Source: a virus (Duplodnaviria; Caudoviricetes). From it: DNA of 64,000 nucleotides. The notes under the pieces are model-generated. The model saw only the letters and a list, made by a program, of their open reading frames with translations. It made no database searches and was not told the DNA's origin. Of this stretch, positions 9,303-20,567 are shown piece after piece (position 1 is the stretch's first letter; every line of letters starts with the position of its first letter). The stretch is from positions 1-64,000 of IMG/VR virus record IMGVR_UViG_3300019371_000265. One strand, given 5' to 3'. The position numbers and the translations under genes are program-made.

Positions 9303-11258
9303 CTATAAATATTCTGCAATACTTTCTAAGAACTCATCTTCGCTCATAATTGGAATGTTGAGTTCTTTAGCTTTCTTATTCTTAGAACTATTTGATTCTG
9401 TATCATTATTGATGAGAGTGGTGGTAACCTTACTCACGCTCCCGGCTACTTTCGCACCAAGAGATTCTAACTTTTCTGTTAATTCTTTTCTGGAAATTTT
9501 ATATAGACTGCCTGTAATTACGTAGGTCTTGTTTGCTAATGGTGCGCCAACACCTGTTTTTGTTTCAGTTTTAAAACTCATCATGTCTGCGAGTTCTTTT
9601 ATCCATAGGTAATTATGCCTGATGAAGTTATTCATATTATCACACATTGTATTCCCAAAATCGTTCAATCGTGTCCAATCGAAATTGTTAATCCATTCGC
9701 TGTACATTTTGTTGAAGTTACCATTGTGGTACTTTGAAATTGTCTTACACGCTGTCTTTCCAACCATAGGAATTGACAATGCATAAAGAAATCTACTCAG
9801 TTCAGTGTCTTTACTATGCTCAATCTCAGCTAATAGTTTTTTAACTGATTTCTCGCCAAGTCCTTCCAGGCTGACTATTTCATCATAGTATTCTTTCAGA
9901 GTGTAAATATCGTAGAAATTCTCAATGTATACAACGGACATAATTTTCTCCAATGTAGCTTCAGATAGTCCATCAATATTCATCGCGTCTCTGGATACAA
10001 AGTGAGTTAATCTGGCAATTAGCTTTGCTTTACAGTATGGATTGGTACAATGTAACGTTTTACTATCGTTATCTTTATGTATTTCCGTTGGTTCTCCGCA
10101 GCAAGGACATTTATCTGGAATTGTAAATGTATTGGAACGAGTAATGTCATCTCTAATCTGCGGAATGATTTCATTAGCTTTGTATACCGTTACTATATCT
10201 CCAATTCCCAATTGTAAATCTTCTATAATGCTGATATTATGTAACGATGCCCTACCAACTTCTGTTCCACATAAATCTACCGGATCAAATATCGCTATTG
10301 GAGTAATTACGCCAGTTTTCCCAACCTGCCATTCGATATCGGTAAGAATCGTTTCTTCTTCGTCCTCAAGGAACTTAAATGCGATAGAATGTCTCGGGTG
10401 ATGGGAAGTCAAACCAAGCGATTCTCCGTATCTAATATCTTCATACGTAAATACGATCCCATCAATAGGTAAACCGTTATCTTCCGCATACTGTTTTAAA
10501 CTGTAAATGGAATTTGTAATTTCTTCTTTTGTGGCTCCACTTCTAATTTTTCTCATTGGAACTACATCGAACCCAAATTCAGAAAGTACCTTCAGTCTTT
10601 CATTAAAACTATTACCATCAACTCCAGACACGGACTTCCAAGGAATAAATCTCATGTGTCGTTGTGCTGCTAAATTACTATCAAGCTGCCTGATAGATCC
10701 ACTCGCCAAATTTCTTGGATTCTTATACTTTTTATCATCTGGTAATTTAGAATTGATTTTCTCGAAATCTGGTTTAGTAATAATTACTTCGCCATCTACA
10801 ATCAAGTTGTCAATCGGTATTTTCGTTGGTACGTTTCCAATAGATTTTACATTGTGAGTGACGATTTCTCCAACTTCTCCATTACCACGGGTTTCTCCTG
10901 TGTCCAGTTCTCCATTTACATAATTAATCGAACAGGTTAATCCGTCCATTTTCAGCATCGCTACTCCTGGACTTCCATTTAAAAATGCTACAATATCATC
11001 TATCGATTTTGTCTTTCCAAGTGATAGCATTGGGTGATTGTGCTTTACCTTTTCAAGTTTGCCATTTACCTCGTAGCCGACTGTATGTGTTGGTGAATTC
11101 GTCATTACGATTCCAGTTTCGTTTTCCAAATTTTCTAGTTCGTTAAACATTGAATCATATTTTTCGTTTGTTACTGGCGAAGCGTTTTCATTATAGTATC
11201 CGTCTCGATACATATTTAGCTTATCAACGAGTTCCTTAATTCTGTTTATCTTATCCAT
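9303..11258 (-). CDS. ligA: NAD-dependent DNA ligase
   Basis: PMLSL, KMDG, TRGNG, RNLASGS, Zn finger, HhH repeats, BRCT (GSVSKVT). Confidence 0.97.
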   Translation of the reverse strand: MDKINRIKELVDKLNMYRDGYYNENASPVTNEKYDSMFNELENLENETGIVMTNSPTHTVGYEVNGKLEKVKHNHPMLSLGKTKSIDDIVAFLNGSPGVAMLKMDGLTCSINYVNGELDTGETRGNGEVGEIVTHNVKSIGNVPTKIPIDNLIVDGEVIITKPDFEKINSKLPDDKKYKNPRNLASGSIRQLDSNLAAQRHMRFIPWKSVSGVDGNSFNERLKVLSEFGFDVVPMRKIRSGATKEEITNSIYSLKQYAEDNGLPIDGIVFTYEDIRYGESLGLTSHHPRHSIAFKFLEDEEETILTDIEWQVGKTGVITPIAIFDPVDLCGTEVGRASLHNISIIEDLQLGIGDIVTVYKANEIIPQIRDDITRSNTFTIPDKCPCCGEPTEIHKDNDSKTLHCTNPYCKAKLIARLTHFVSRDAMNIDGLSEATLEKIMSVVYIENFYDIYTLKEYYDEIVSLEGLGEKSVKKLLAEIEHSKDTELSRFLYALSIPMVGKTACKTISKYHNGNFNKMYSEWINNFDWTRLNDFGNTMCDNMNNFIRHNYLWIKELADMMSFKTETKTGVGAPLANKTYVITGSLYKISRKELTEKLESLGAKVAGSVSKVTTTLINNDTESNSSKNKKAKELNIPIMSEDEFLESIAEYL

Positions 11259-11274
11259 TGTTCTCCTTTACTCA

Positions 11275-11344
11275 ATTTTATTTCCATCTATTAAGATTAT
11301 ATACCGCACATTCATGAAAGTCAACCATTTTATTTCAATCTATT
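11275..11344 (-). promoter_or_regulatory. sigmaA promoter of ligA flanked by two copies of repeat B
   Basis: TTGACT (11324-11319)-17-TATAAT (11301-11296); AATAGATKGAAATAAAAT at 11327-11344 and 11275-11292. Confidence 0.8.
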
Positions 11345-11883
11345 AAAACTATTTTTTAATGCCCATTCCATCGGCTCTGTGTGGTATTGCAACATAGCAC
11401 CAGTCAGATGACAGTTCTAGTGAATCCATGTCTTTTTCGATAGTATCAATTATGTAGTCTGTCCCGTCAACCCTGATAAATAGATGTTTGTCGTCCTGTA
11501 ATTTATTAATTGTTCTTTTAAATTCGTTAGTTAGTCTCAAGTTCTATATTTACTCCTTTAATTATGTAATTTTTATTTCGTCACTTCAGCTACGTGCTTT
11601 ATTGTAGTACTAAGTAACCGATGCATAAATTGAAACGTGATAAAATTATTCCCTTGTGTTATATTATAAATTACGGTACATCTTGGAATGGATGGATAAG
11701 CACATTCCATCACAGATGTTGGATTCTTTAAATCTTCTATGTATTTTTCAAAGCAAGAATACTCAATATTCCTTTCTTGAAGGTTCTCGGGATTAGTTAT
11801 CTCCCATTGTTTCTCATGGATTTTTACCATATTATTATTCAATTTTTCCTTCCCAGTCAAAGACTGATTTCACCGTAAATTTT

Positions 11884-11930
11884 AGTCTATATCTTGTGGT
11901 TTTATTTTATAATGCCACTATATATAGTGT
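11884..11930. promoter_or_regulatory. Tandem NrdR boxes
   Basis: agtCTATATcTTGtgg (11884) and ccaCTATATATAGtgt (11915), 31 bp apart. Confidence 0.75.
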
Positions 11931-13707
11931 GTCAAAATACTATTTTCTCAACATTTTGTACTTAGCACGATAAAAATGGGTCTTCTGGCAACGGTAATGG
12001 ATTAATTGATTGCTTGCCATGTGCATTACAGCCAATCTCAGCTAAATCTTCATTATTAATTTCTACGTCGCAAGCGTGGTCTACCATCAAATAACCCCTA
12101 TGTAGTAATCGCTGCTTATCTACCAGGCAGTTATTATCGAACCAATAAAAATAGCCGTCCTCAATTAATGGCGTTGTATCAATTCTGCCATTATGAAATT
12201 CTTTTCCAATCCTCTTTTTTACTTCATCGATGGATTCTGCATAAAAAGAAGTGGTTGTATCTTTAATCCATCTTTTGGCATCAAGAAAATCCAATTCTTC
12301 AAATTCACTCTCATAATCTTCCACGGACATATCTTTACCAGATTTTCTTCTAATATATTCCTGCTCTCTATTTGCAAGAATTTCTACTATAAAAGTAACT
12401 CTATACTTGTAGTTATTATTTTCTTTCATTTAGTTCCTCCTGCGTCTAAATATTTAAACCATATAGTGCCATCTCCGTACTCAATTTCTTCTACTAATAC
12501 ATCACACCACAAGCCACCGTCTTCTACTATTAAGTGTAGTTTGTCTTCAGCCTTAATGTGATTGTCATGCAGTTTATTATAGAGCGTGTCGTCGTAAGTA
12601 ATGCAGTTCATTATATTCAATAGATCATATTCGTCTTCATCTATTGCAATTTCTATCATTTTTACCTCCAAATTCTTCATCAAACTCTACTTCTACAGAG
12701 TTATTTCAATAGTGTCGTTTGCATTATTTTTCTCCAATTTTATAGAGTAACCATAATACATATGCGATAAATGTACCTATGCAACCCATAATAAAATATG
12801 GTAAAATTGCAACGAACGCTAATATACATGTTAATTTACCAAAGACATTTTTATTTTCTATTGTATCTAATATAAATATTCCTGGAATCGTAATCGTTGT
12901 TGGACTATCTTGCGATAATGCAAAGTCCATGGTTGGAAGAATTAAACAAACTACCGACGGACAGTAAAACATCATTAACAATGCTATAAGTACCACTATA
13001 TTCTCCTTTCATTTTCAATCCGGTCAATCAGCCATTTTAATGTATTCCTTCAAGACCTTTTTGTATATTTTCAAGAATCTTCCGTTCTTCTTCGATTCTT
13101 TCACGAATCTCTTGATTCATTTTTTGTAAACCTCCTCTGCTTTCATATCCCGGTTCAAACACCAACTTATCAATGTATGCTAATAGTTTTTCTTTATCGC
13201 TTTGTGTTAAAATCTTGTCTTCTGCTATTATCAATCCCTTTAAAGTGTAATATAAACTCAACATAATATATCTTCTCCTTTCCCTGTCAAATTGAAGTTC
13301 TATTGTAAATTAAATTATCCTCTCTTTCGGCAATGGAGCTATTAACGCAACCCTATTAGTTACCTCTTCTGTTCCATAACAATGTGGATTTGCAACATAG
13401 AATTTACCGCCATGCCACCACGCTTTTTCAAATCCATAAGATAATACCCAATCTGCATAATCCAATCCCCCTTGGTCACATTCATTAAAATTCTTTGGCT
13501 TTAAAACAACCAAGCACCAACCAAATTCTCTCAATGCATCATATCTGTCATTATAATCAAACCAATCTATTATTGTCTGACGTTTTGACCTACATTTCTT
13601 ATCTCTGTCCATTCTACTCCTCTCAATAAAACCAGTGTTCGATGGCAATTTTGTATTTACGTATAGCGGATATATATTTACATAGCCACTATACGCGATA
13701 TATTAAC

Positions 13708-14478
13708 TTAGGATAGCAATGTGGAAACAAAGGTTTTTAAAGGTTCTTTCAAACTTAAATTTCCATTCATCCACTCAAGATAATCTTTATGATCTTTTGC
13801 TATTTCGGTGATTAAACTGCCTTTGTATTTTCCAAATGGCAATAAATATTCTTCAATGTTTGGAAGTTCGACTTTTACAGACCCAAGTATCCCTTTTAAT
13901 TCTTCTGGGATAATCATATCAATGTCGTTTCGAGAACTAAGGATATCGCACTCATGAATAAAAAACTCCATTTCATTTCTGGGTTCAGGCATTATCTCTT
14001 TTCCTGCCCTACTCTTATTCCATTCTCCGGAGTGAGCTTCACACATACAAGCAATTAGTTCTTTATATTCTTCGGAAATATCGTGTTCTGGATTTGTATC
14101 CCTCACCCATTCTGCGGCGAGCATTGGGTGATCCTGAACCGTATAGCTAGATCCATTCCAACCACATTTGACTGCGTCGTGAAATGTCGGAACACAACGC
14201 ATACAATCTCTGATTTCTGGGGTGTTAAATTTTTCTTTATTTCCTTTTAATCTCAATCGGTGATTAAGAATTGAATCAAACATATACTCGTGATATATTT
14301 GACCATACGTTTCACACTGCGTTTTATTATGATATTTGCCACTTGTCGAACTGGGCATGGTAAATATGTAATCTGGCATTTCAGCAACCATATCCATATA
14401 ATAGTCAATAAATTCTTTTGTTTCGAAGTTTGCGGTTAAAGGTTTGAATATATTTTGTTTTTCTTCTCTGGTCATCAA
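13708..14478 (-). CDS. HD-domain (YhaM-like) nuclease/phosphohydrolase with C-terminal PFGKYKG domain
   Basis: PSSTSGKYH, FHDAVK, HPMLA, AHSG, HECD; LPFGKYKG..YLEW. Confidence 0.75.
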   Translation of the reverse strand: MMTREEKQNIFKPLTANFETKEFIDYYMDMVAEMPDYIFTMPSSTSGKYHNKTQCETYGQIYHEYMFDSILNHRLRLKGNKEKFNTPEIRDCMRCVPTFHDAVKCGWNGSSYTVQDHPMLAAEWVRDTNPEHDISEEYKELIACMCEAHSGEWNKSRAGKEIMPEPRNEMEFFIHECDILSSRNDIDMIIPEELKGILGSVKVELPNIEEYLLPFGKYKGSLITEIAKDHKDYLEWMNGNLSLKEPLKTFVSTLLS

Positions 14479-14704
14479 AAATTCTCCTTATTTTTTAATA
14501 GTTCTGCTATTTCAATATTTTGAGGCATTCTCTCTAAAATGTTGCAAGCGGAGTTGATATAGTTGTCGTCTGGGTAACAAATATCATATTTTCTTTTTAA
14601 ATATATAAGTTCCTCTATTAAGGCACCAATAGTCATAAAATCCTCCATATTATTAGACGGCGAATGAAATGGCAATCCACAAATACATTCTTTAGTTACC
14701 TTCA

Positions 14705-15238
14705 TTATTTCACCAAGTTCCTTAGATAGTATTGAAATGTTCCATATATAAAAATTGGACTATATGAATTGTCTGGCATAAAAACAATTTCTAAATCATA
14801 TTTATGATTGAAGCTATGTAGGCTCCCTAAATAGCTTTTTGAATTATATTGCGTGTTATAATTTCCATTTACTATATCTAAATAGTTGCAATTTTCAATC
14901 ATCAAATACTTCTTCTTTGCTTTAGCTGTTGCAAATTCTTCCTCGAACCTTGTTCTTGTTTGAGCAAAATTCCCAGACAATTCTTCTGCGGAGTTCTTTT
15001 TCTCAATAAAAATCTCATCATAAAAATATTTACTTCTGGATATTCCTAATTCCTTGTTTTCTGGGAGTTTAAAGCTATAATCTCCACATGGTAAAGCAAT
15101 TTTTTCATATGGTATTTTGTGTTTATCAAAGTAACTTAATATGTTCTCGTTTTTCTTCTCTCTGGTATCCACTAAAATCACAATCGACTTCAGTAACTCG
15201 GTTTGTTCTGCGTCCGTATATTTATGTCTCTCTAAAAT
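14705..15238 (-). CDS. ERCC4-domain nuclease (probable ATT start at 15238)
   Basis: VDTRE, GDYS, IEKK, RFEEE; in-frame extension to ATT 6 nt after AAGGTG. Confidence 0.85.
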   Translation of the reverse strand: MLERHKYTDAEQTELLKSIVILVDTREKKNENILSYFDKHKIPYEKIALPCGDYSFKLPENKELGISRSKYFYDEIFIEKKNSAEELSGNFAQTRTRFEEEFATAKAKKKYLMIENCNYLDIVNGNYNTQYNSKSYLGSLHSFNHKYDLEIVFMPDNSYSPIFIYGTFQYYLRNLVK

Positions 15239-15250
15239 TTATTTCACCTT

Positions 15251-18200
15251 CTAACATACTTTTATATAGTCTTTAATCCACCACTCAAACACATCTGGTA
15301 CTATTTGCCACTCGTCGTTGATTTTCTGTTTCTTCGGCTGTTTTTTTACGTTGTTTATGTATATTACGTCCCCATCTTCTAGTGGTATTTCGGCAAAACT
15401 GGTTTTTAAATTTTTGTCTTTTTTGTTGATTGTTTTGTGAATTTTCATTTCAGTTATTTTGCCTTTGCCTACACTATAAGCATTAAACTTTGGAGAGTAT
15501 GAGGTGTTCAAATCTGTTATTACCACATATCTCCAATCAAGAGTTTCATCTACATAATCAACATACCCTAAAACTTCATATTGGAATTTGACAAGAGGTA
15601 TAACCCCAAACTCTTCATTACTTACTTTTGAAGCCAACTCTTTAACTAATCCAATCCAATCTAAACTACTGTATTGCGTTTCGCTTATTTTTCCAGAAGC
15701 CAATTTATCTGTAGCAAATTTTTCAACAATCTCGGTGCTTATATCTAAACTTGGAATATCAGCTTTTTTAATTGTCTTCCTACCGTCGCCACTACTTCCT
15801 TTCCAGTAATCAACAATATTAACAATTGCCAACAGTTTCTTGATTGATCCAAATTTTTTAAAATAACCAATTTTAACTAAGTCCTTAAATACCGATGCCG
15901 TAACATTTGTTCCTTTAATAGACAAGTAAATATCTACAAAATCATCAGTTCCTTTATTATATATATCCATAATTGCCTGAACAGCCTTTATTCCTATGCC
16001 TTTAACACTTGATAGGCTTGGATATATGATTTTGCTTGCGTCATCAACCGTGAATTTTGTATTATCTTTTCCATACTCGTAAGTTCCCATCGTATAACCA
16101 AACATGGTCATTGCTTCTTTTATTAGAGCCGCTACTTTATTCTTATCACCTTTGTCTTGGTAATGATTTAATGTCACTTCATAAAACTTTGATAAATAAT
16201 GAGCCTTCACCCACGCTTCATATAGAGAGTCATTAGCCATTGCCAGAGCATGTGGAGCATTGAAGCTATACCTCGCACTGTCTTTAATAACCTTATATAC
16301 TGGCTCAAAGTTATCAAGGTTTCCGATATTCTTTTGCCAATGAGTTCTTAAGTTCGATTCTACTTTCGCTAATGCTTCCCCTTTAAGTTTCTTTTTGCTG
16401 ATCTTTTTAATGGTATCGTAACTGTCTTTCATGGGAATTCCAAGATAAGAGAATATTTTCATTACTGCTTCCTGATATAACATATAGTGAAAACATTCCT
16501 CCAGCAAGGAATCAATTGCCTTTTCTCCGTTTGTATACTCAATACGATTTAAGAATCCATCAATTAGAGATTTGAAACCCGGGCGGATTCCAGCTATAAA
16601 CGCCGCAAGTTCTTTAATGTTACGAGGCTTAAACTTCATCGCTTTTTTCGTCGTAGATGGTTTTTCACATTGGTTTAAGCAGCACGTTGCTCCCATCTCA
16701 TATAATTTCCATGTAAGATCATCGTTTTGTACCATTTTTCTCAATTCTGATACGGTTGGTACTTTTTTATTTAAACTCCCATAAAGCTTATGAATAATAG
16801 CTACGACATCTACTATTAAGAAATCATCTTTTACGTATCCATATGAATCGAGCATACCTCCTTCTATGTTTGCTACAACTGTTGATTTTCCAGTACTTTC
16901 AGAATGGCATCGAATAAGTCCAATTTCATAACGGATATCTCCATACCCTACAACATTAGGGTCATTTACATTTCCATTAAACAGAAAGAATCCACAGGCA
17001 TGGACTTTGGCTTGCTCAATAATGCCTTGATACGGTTTACTGTCATAAAAAATCTTTAGATGTTCTTTGTTCGTTATGTATTCTTCAATGTGAATATCTT
17101 TTTTATCTTCTTCGTCATCTACCTGCTTTAATGCCTCATTGTATTGGTCAATCGATGACGTGATCTCATTGGCAACACTTGGTTCTATGCCCTTAATATC
17201 AGCATAAAGTTTAAATCCAGATTTTTCACCAAGTTTACCTACTGCCAATAATGGATAACAACCATGTTCTCCAAATAATTCTTTAGCTGCTAGGACAAAC
17301 GGCTCCTGGCTAGAAACGTTAAAATCTATATCTGGGCATTGATGAGACGACAGAATTCTGTCTTTTGTAATAAATCTTTCTGGATATATTGGCACTTCTG
17401 CCTCAAACCTATCCATTGTTGTGAACCCAAGCAGTTTGCTGGAATAATAAGAACTCGCACTTCCTCTTGACGTAGTAGTAAGTTGACCATCATATTTTTT
17501 TATAGCAAGATCGACTAAAGCGCCATTGTCTAAGAAGTAATCAACTGTTCCACTTGCATCGATTTCTCCATACTCGTAATTCATGCCATCTTTTCTATCT
17601 TCTGTCTTATGTTCAGTGTCTTCTTTATCGAAATGATCATCAAGAATACTCTTTAATAATTCAGACCTTTTCGAGTAGTCGTATTTTTGATACTCTGGCA
17701 AGATTGGAATTTTGAAATCAGTATTATAAGTAATATCTTCGCATCCACTAATAAAAACATGAGTATTCATCATTGCATAAATGATTTCTTCAGACGGCAA
17801 AATTTCTTGCCTAATTAGTCTTTTATATGCCTCCAAACCATCAGGAAAATCCATATACCAACCCTCTTCATCGTCATAATGTAATCCTTTCCTCAAAAGA
17901 AGATTTTCTCTTTTTATTCTGTCTTCATCGTTAATGTAATGAGTATCTAGCCCAACAATGGTTTGGATTCCGTATTTTTGAGACATATCAAATATTCTTT
18001 TATTTAATTCCTTTTGCTTTACTGTATTATGAGTTTGATATTCTAAGAAAAAATTATCTCCAAAATATTCCCATATTTTCAACCAAATATCTTCTGCGTC
18101 TTCATATTTCCACCCAGCAACACAAGCAGATGTAATATAAACATCATCTTTATCTAGTTGGAATAGCATATTTAAATCAATTCTAGGTTTGTAATAGAAT

Positions 18201-18712
18201 CCGTCTGTATGAGCGCAAGAAATGATATAATTGAGTTTTCTCATTGCCTGATATGTTTTCGCTACTATTACCATGTGGCAATTTGAATTATCTCTCTTCT
18301 CTCTTGTTTGGATCTTGCCTTTTTTATCTTCGTACTCCTCATATGTCACTTGGTGAATGTCTTTTACCCAATAAACTTCTGCCGAATACCTAAACCGGAT
18401 ATCTTTGCTTAATCCGAGTTTTTTTCTTACTTCTTCATTTTGCGTTTTTTTACAAACATCATATACGTAAAGCCACTCTCCTGGATATCCATGTTCTCCT
18501 GAAAAATAACACTGACACCCATATGAATCAGACAATTTAACGAAATCATTTATATCTGTAGTAGAATCAATTTGAATAAGATCTGACCATGTAGTGTGTT
18601 TATGATAATTCTCTATAAGCAAGTTCTTTTTGTTGATCCACTCTTCGGTAGAATATGGAAACTTAAATTTCAGTCGGGATTCTGCTTTTTTTGCATCTTC
18701 CAATAAAGACAA
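15251..18712 (-). CDS. dnaE: DNA polymerase III alpha subunit (family C)
   Basis: PHP domain (HKHT, EHG, FYYKPRID, DTHY), RGSASS, PDIDF, HACG, YSFNAPHA. Confidence 0.95.
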   Translation of the reverse strand: MSLLEDAKKAESRLKFKFPYSTEEWINKKNLLIENYHKHTTWSDLIQIDSTTDINDFVKLSDSYGCQCYFSGEHGYPGEWLYVYDVCKKTQNEEVRKKLGLSKDIRFRYSAEVYWVKDIHQVTYEEYEDKKGKIQTREKRDNSNCHMVIVAKTYQAMRKLNYIISCAHTDGFYYKPRIDLNMLFQLDKDDVYITSACVAGWKYEDAEDIWLKIWEYFGDNFFLEYQTHNTVKQKELNKRIFDMSQKYGIQTIVGLDTHYINDEDRIKRENLLLRKGLHYDDEEGWYMDFPDGLEAYKRLIRQEILPSEEIIYAMMNTHVFISGCEDITYNTDFKIPILPEYQKYDYSKRSELLKSILDDHFDKEDTEHKTEDRKDGMNYEYGEIDASGTVDYFLDNGALVDLAIKKYDGQLTTTSRGSASSYYSSKLLGFTTMDRFEAEVPIYPERFITKDRILSSHQCPDIDFNVSSQEPFVLAAKELFGEHGCYPLLAVGKLGEKSGFKLYADIKGIEPSVANEITSSIDQYNEALKQVDDEEDKKDIHIEEYITNKEHLKIFYDSKPYQGIIEQAKVHACGFFLFNGNVNDPNVVGYGDIRYEIGLIRCHSESTGKSTVVANIEGGMLDSYGYVKDDFLIVDVVAIIHKLYGSLNKKVPTVSELRKMVQNDDLTWKLYEMGATCCLNQCEKPSTTKKAMKFKPRNIKELAAFIAGIRPGFKSLIDGFLNRIEYTNGEKAIDSLLEECFHYMLYQEAVMKIFSYLGIPMKDSYDTIKKISKKKLKGEALAKVESNLRTHWQKNIGNLDNFEPVYKVIKDSARYSFNAPHALAMANDSLYEAWVKAHYLSKFYEVTLNHYQDKGDKNKVAALIKEAMTMFGYTMGTYEYGKDNTKFTVDDASKIIYPSLSSVKGIGIKAVQAIMDIYNKGTDDFVDIYLSIKGTNVTASVFKDLVKIGYFKKFGSIKKLLAIVNIVDYWKGSSGDGRKTIKKADIPSLDISTEIVEKFATDKLASGKISETQYSSLDWIGLVKELASKVSNEEFGVIPLVKFQYEVLGYVDYVDETLDWRYVVITDLNTSYSPKFNAYSVGKGKITEMKIHKTINKKDKNLKTSFAEIPLEDGDVIYINNVKKQPKKQKINDEWQIVPDVFEWWIKDYIKVC

Positions 18713-19525
18713 TTAATCGCCTCCCATCAGTTTGTAATCACAAGAATTTCTAAATCCACAAAGGTTATTACAATAGAAATAGTCCATTTTTGGTAGAAAG
18801 TTCTCTTCTTCATAAATCGTATTTATCAATTCAATCGCCCATTTTTTTGCTTGCACAAATTCTTCTTCTATGAAAGGTAATTCCAGCCACTTCTTTTCTT
18901 TGAAATAATTCCACTTTAACGCTGTAGGATATTTGCCGTATTCTTTAAAAACTTGTTCTCCATATAAATATAGCTGTTTTTTATAGTTGTCATAGTCATC
19001 TTGTTTTTTCTTCAGTACTCTACCCTTTTTGCCAATTGGATATTCACTTGATTTATGATCTATAACTATGATATCTCCGGTAGTCTTATCTTTGATTAAT
19101 AAATCAATATAGCCAATAAATGACCTGCCTTCTATTTCAAACTCGCACTTCTTTTCCACCCCTAAGACTTCATATTTATCTAACCAATCAAAATCAAGAG
19201 TTGCAAAATATTCTAATCCTAAATAAAAATATTTCTCTCTTGTTGGATCTGCAACGTCCCAACATTCAATTTCTTGGTCATAGTTGGATTTATAGTATTC
19301 AATCGAATCTTCAATGGTCATCTGTTTCTTTAAAATCTTTTCTAAAATCCCATGGCAAAAACTCCCAAATGCCGCATAAAAATTCTGCTCATTTTCATAG
19401 ACTCTCTTGCCATTTTCGTCTTTTAATAAATAATTTAAATACCACTCGTATTTACAACCTTCAAAAGAATGGCACCTACTAAAAGAAAAAATCATTTTAT
19501 CAATCTGGCTTTTATATTCTCCCAA
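18713..19525 (-). CDS. PD-(D/E)XK nuclease, AddB/Cas4-like with Fe-S cysteines
   Basis: SFSR..C, GYIDL, IDHKS, QLYLY, C-terminal CxxxCxxxxxC. Confidence 0.85.
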   Translation of the reverse strand: MGEYKSQIDKMIFSFSRCHSFEGCKYEWYLNYLLKDENGKRVYENEQNFYAAFGSFCHGILEKILKKQMTIEDSIEYYKSNYDQEIECWDVADPTREKYFYLGLEYFATLDFDWLDKYEVLGVEKKCEFEIEGRSFIGYIDLLIKDKTTGDIIVIDHKSSEYPIGKKGRVLKKKQDDYDNYKKQLYLYGEQVFKEYGKYPTALKWNYFKEKKWLELPFIEEEFVQAKKWAIELINTIYEEENFLPKMDYFYCNNLCGFRNSCDYKLMGGD

Positions 19526-19537
19526 ACATTCACCTTC

Positions 19538-20551
19538 TTATTTTATTTTCCTTTTGTTTTCATATAACCTGTTCCATATATCAATACCTAAATCTATCGG
19601 AGAATTTTTAGCTTCTTTTCCCCCTAGTAAATTATCATTGTCTTCAATTACATAAACATTTAAGAATTTCTTTAACATATTAATATTCTTTTTGACTTCT
19701 TTTTCTTGGTAGGAAACATCCGAATCATAACAAAACACTACATTTTTTATGTAATCACAACCAATAATCCATTTAATTTGTTCTGGTGTTAGAGTATGTT
19801 TTTCGGCAGACGCAGAATCCTTAACTTCATTCCCAAACAATTTCATAACACTTTTTAAACTTTCAAAAATTTTCAATTCTCCGGTTTCTTTTATGTATGG
19901 CAAAGTAATATTTGCACCTTGGAAATAATCAACGGTTCCAACGGGATAATAATTTATATATTTACATATTCCGAGTTTTTTGAAATCTTTATGTAACGTT
20001 CTTGCTTTAATGTTTATCAAGTTTCCAGACATATCATAGACGGGATACACAATTTTGTTAGATCTATCATCTAATCTAATTTCAAATAAGTCGATTTCTT
20101 CTTGTCGTATTCCTTCGTCTAGCCAAAGATCCACTCTTCCTTTTCTATATTTTTCAAACTCGCTTCTCGCCAGTATTACATGATCTGCGCCGCCATCGTT
20201 GCCTGATTTAATCTGTTTTATTTTTCTGTTTAATTTTACCGTTTGTGATTGGCACATAGTTTTTAAATCAATTTTTGCGAGATTTGAAGCTTTTTGTACG
20301 GCTTCGTCATACGAGAGTTTTTCATGCGCAATCAAAAACTGAATTATTCCACCGCCAGAACCACAACCAAAACAATAAAATTTATTTTTTCCAGGAGTAA
20401 CAGAGAATGATGGTGTCTGTTCAGAGTGAAGAGGGCATCTACCAAAATAATCTTTTCCTTTTGGTTTTAAATCAATTGACTTCTTTATATACTCCAATAG
20501 GTCAACATTATCATTAATTTCTTGAAGCATTTCTTCATCATACTTTACCAA
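19538..20551 (-). CDS. DNA primase (CHC2 zinc finger plus Toprim)
   Basis: CPLHSEQTPSF..FYCFGC; FES, CYDSD. Confidence 0.9.
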   Translation of the reverse strand: MVKYDEEMLQEINDNVDLLEYIKKSIDLKPKGKDYFGRCPLHSEQTPSFSVTPGKNKFYCFGCGSGGGIIQFLIAHEKLSYDEAVQKASNLAKIDLKTMCQSQTVKLNRKIKQIKSGNDGGADHVILARSEFEKYRKGRVDLWLDEGIRQEEIDLFEIRLDDRSNKIVYPVYDMSGNLINIKARTLHKDFKKLGICKYINYYPVGTVDYFQGANITLPYIKETGELKIFESLKSVMKLFGNEVKDSASAEKHTLTPEQIKWIIGCDYIKNVVFCYDSDVSYQEKEVKKNINMLKKFLNVYVIEDNDNLLGGKEAKNSPIDLGIDIWNRLYENKRKIK

Positions 20552-20567
20552 TCATTCTCACTCCTTA

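Noticed and set aside
18713-19525. Cas4 / CRISPR system
   Set aside because: No repeat-spacer array or other cas genes; the gene lies between primase and polymerase like a phage recombination nuclease.
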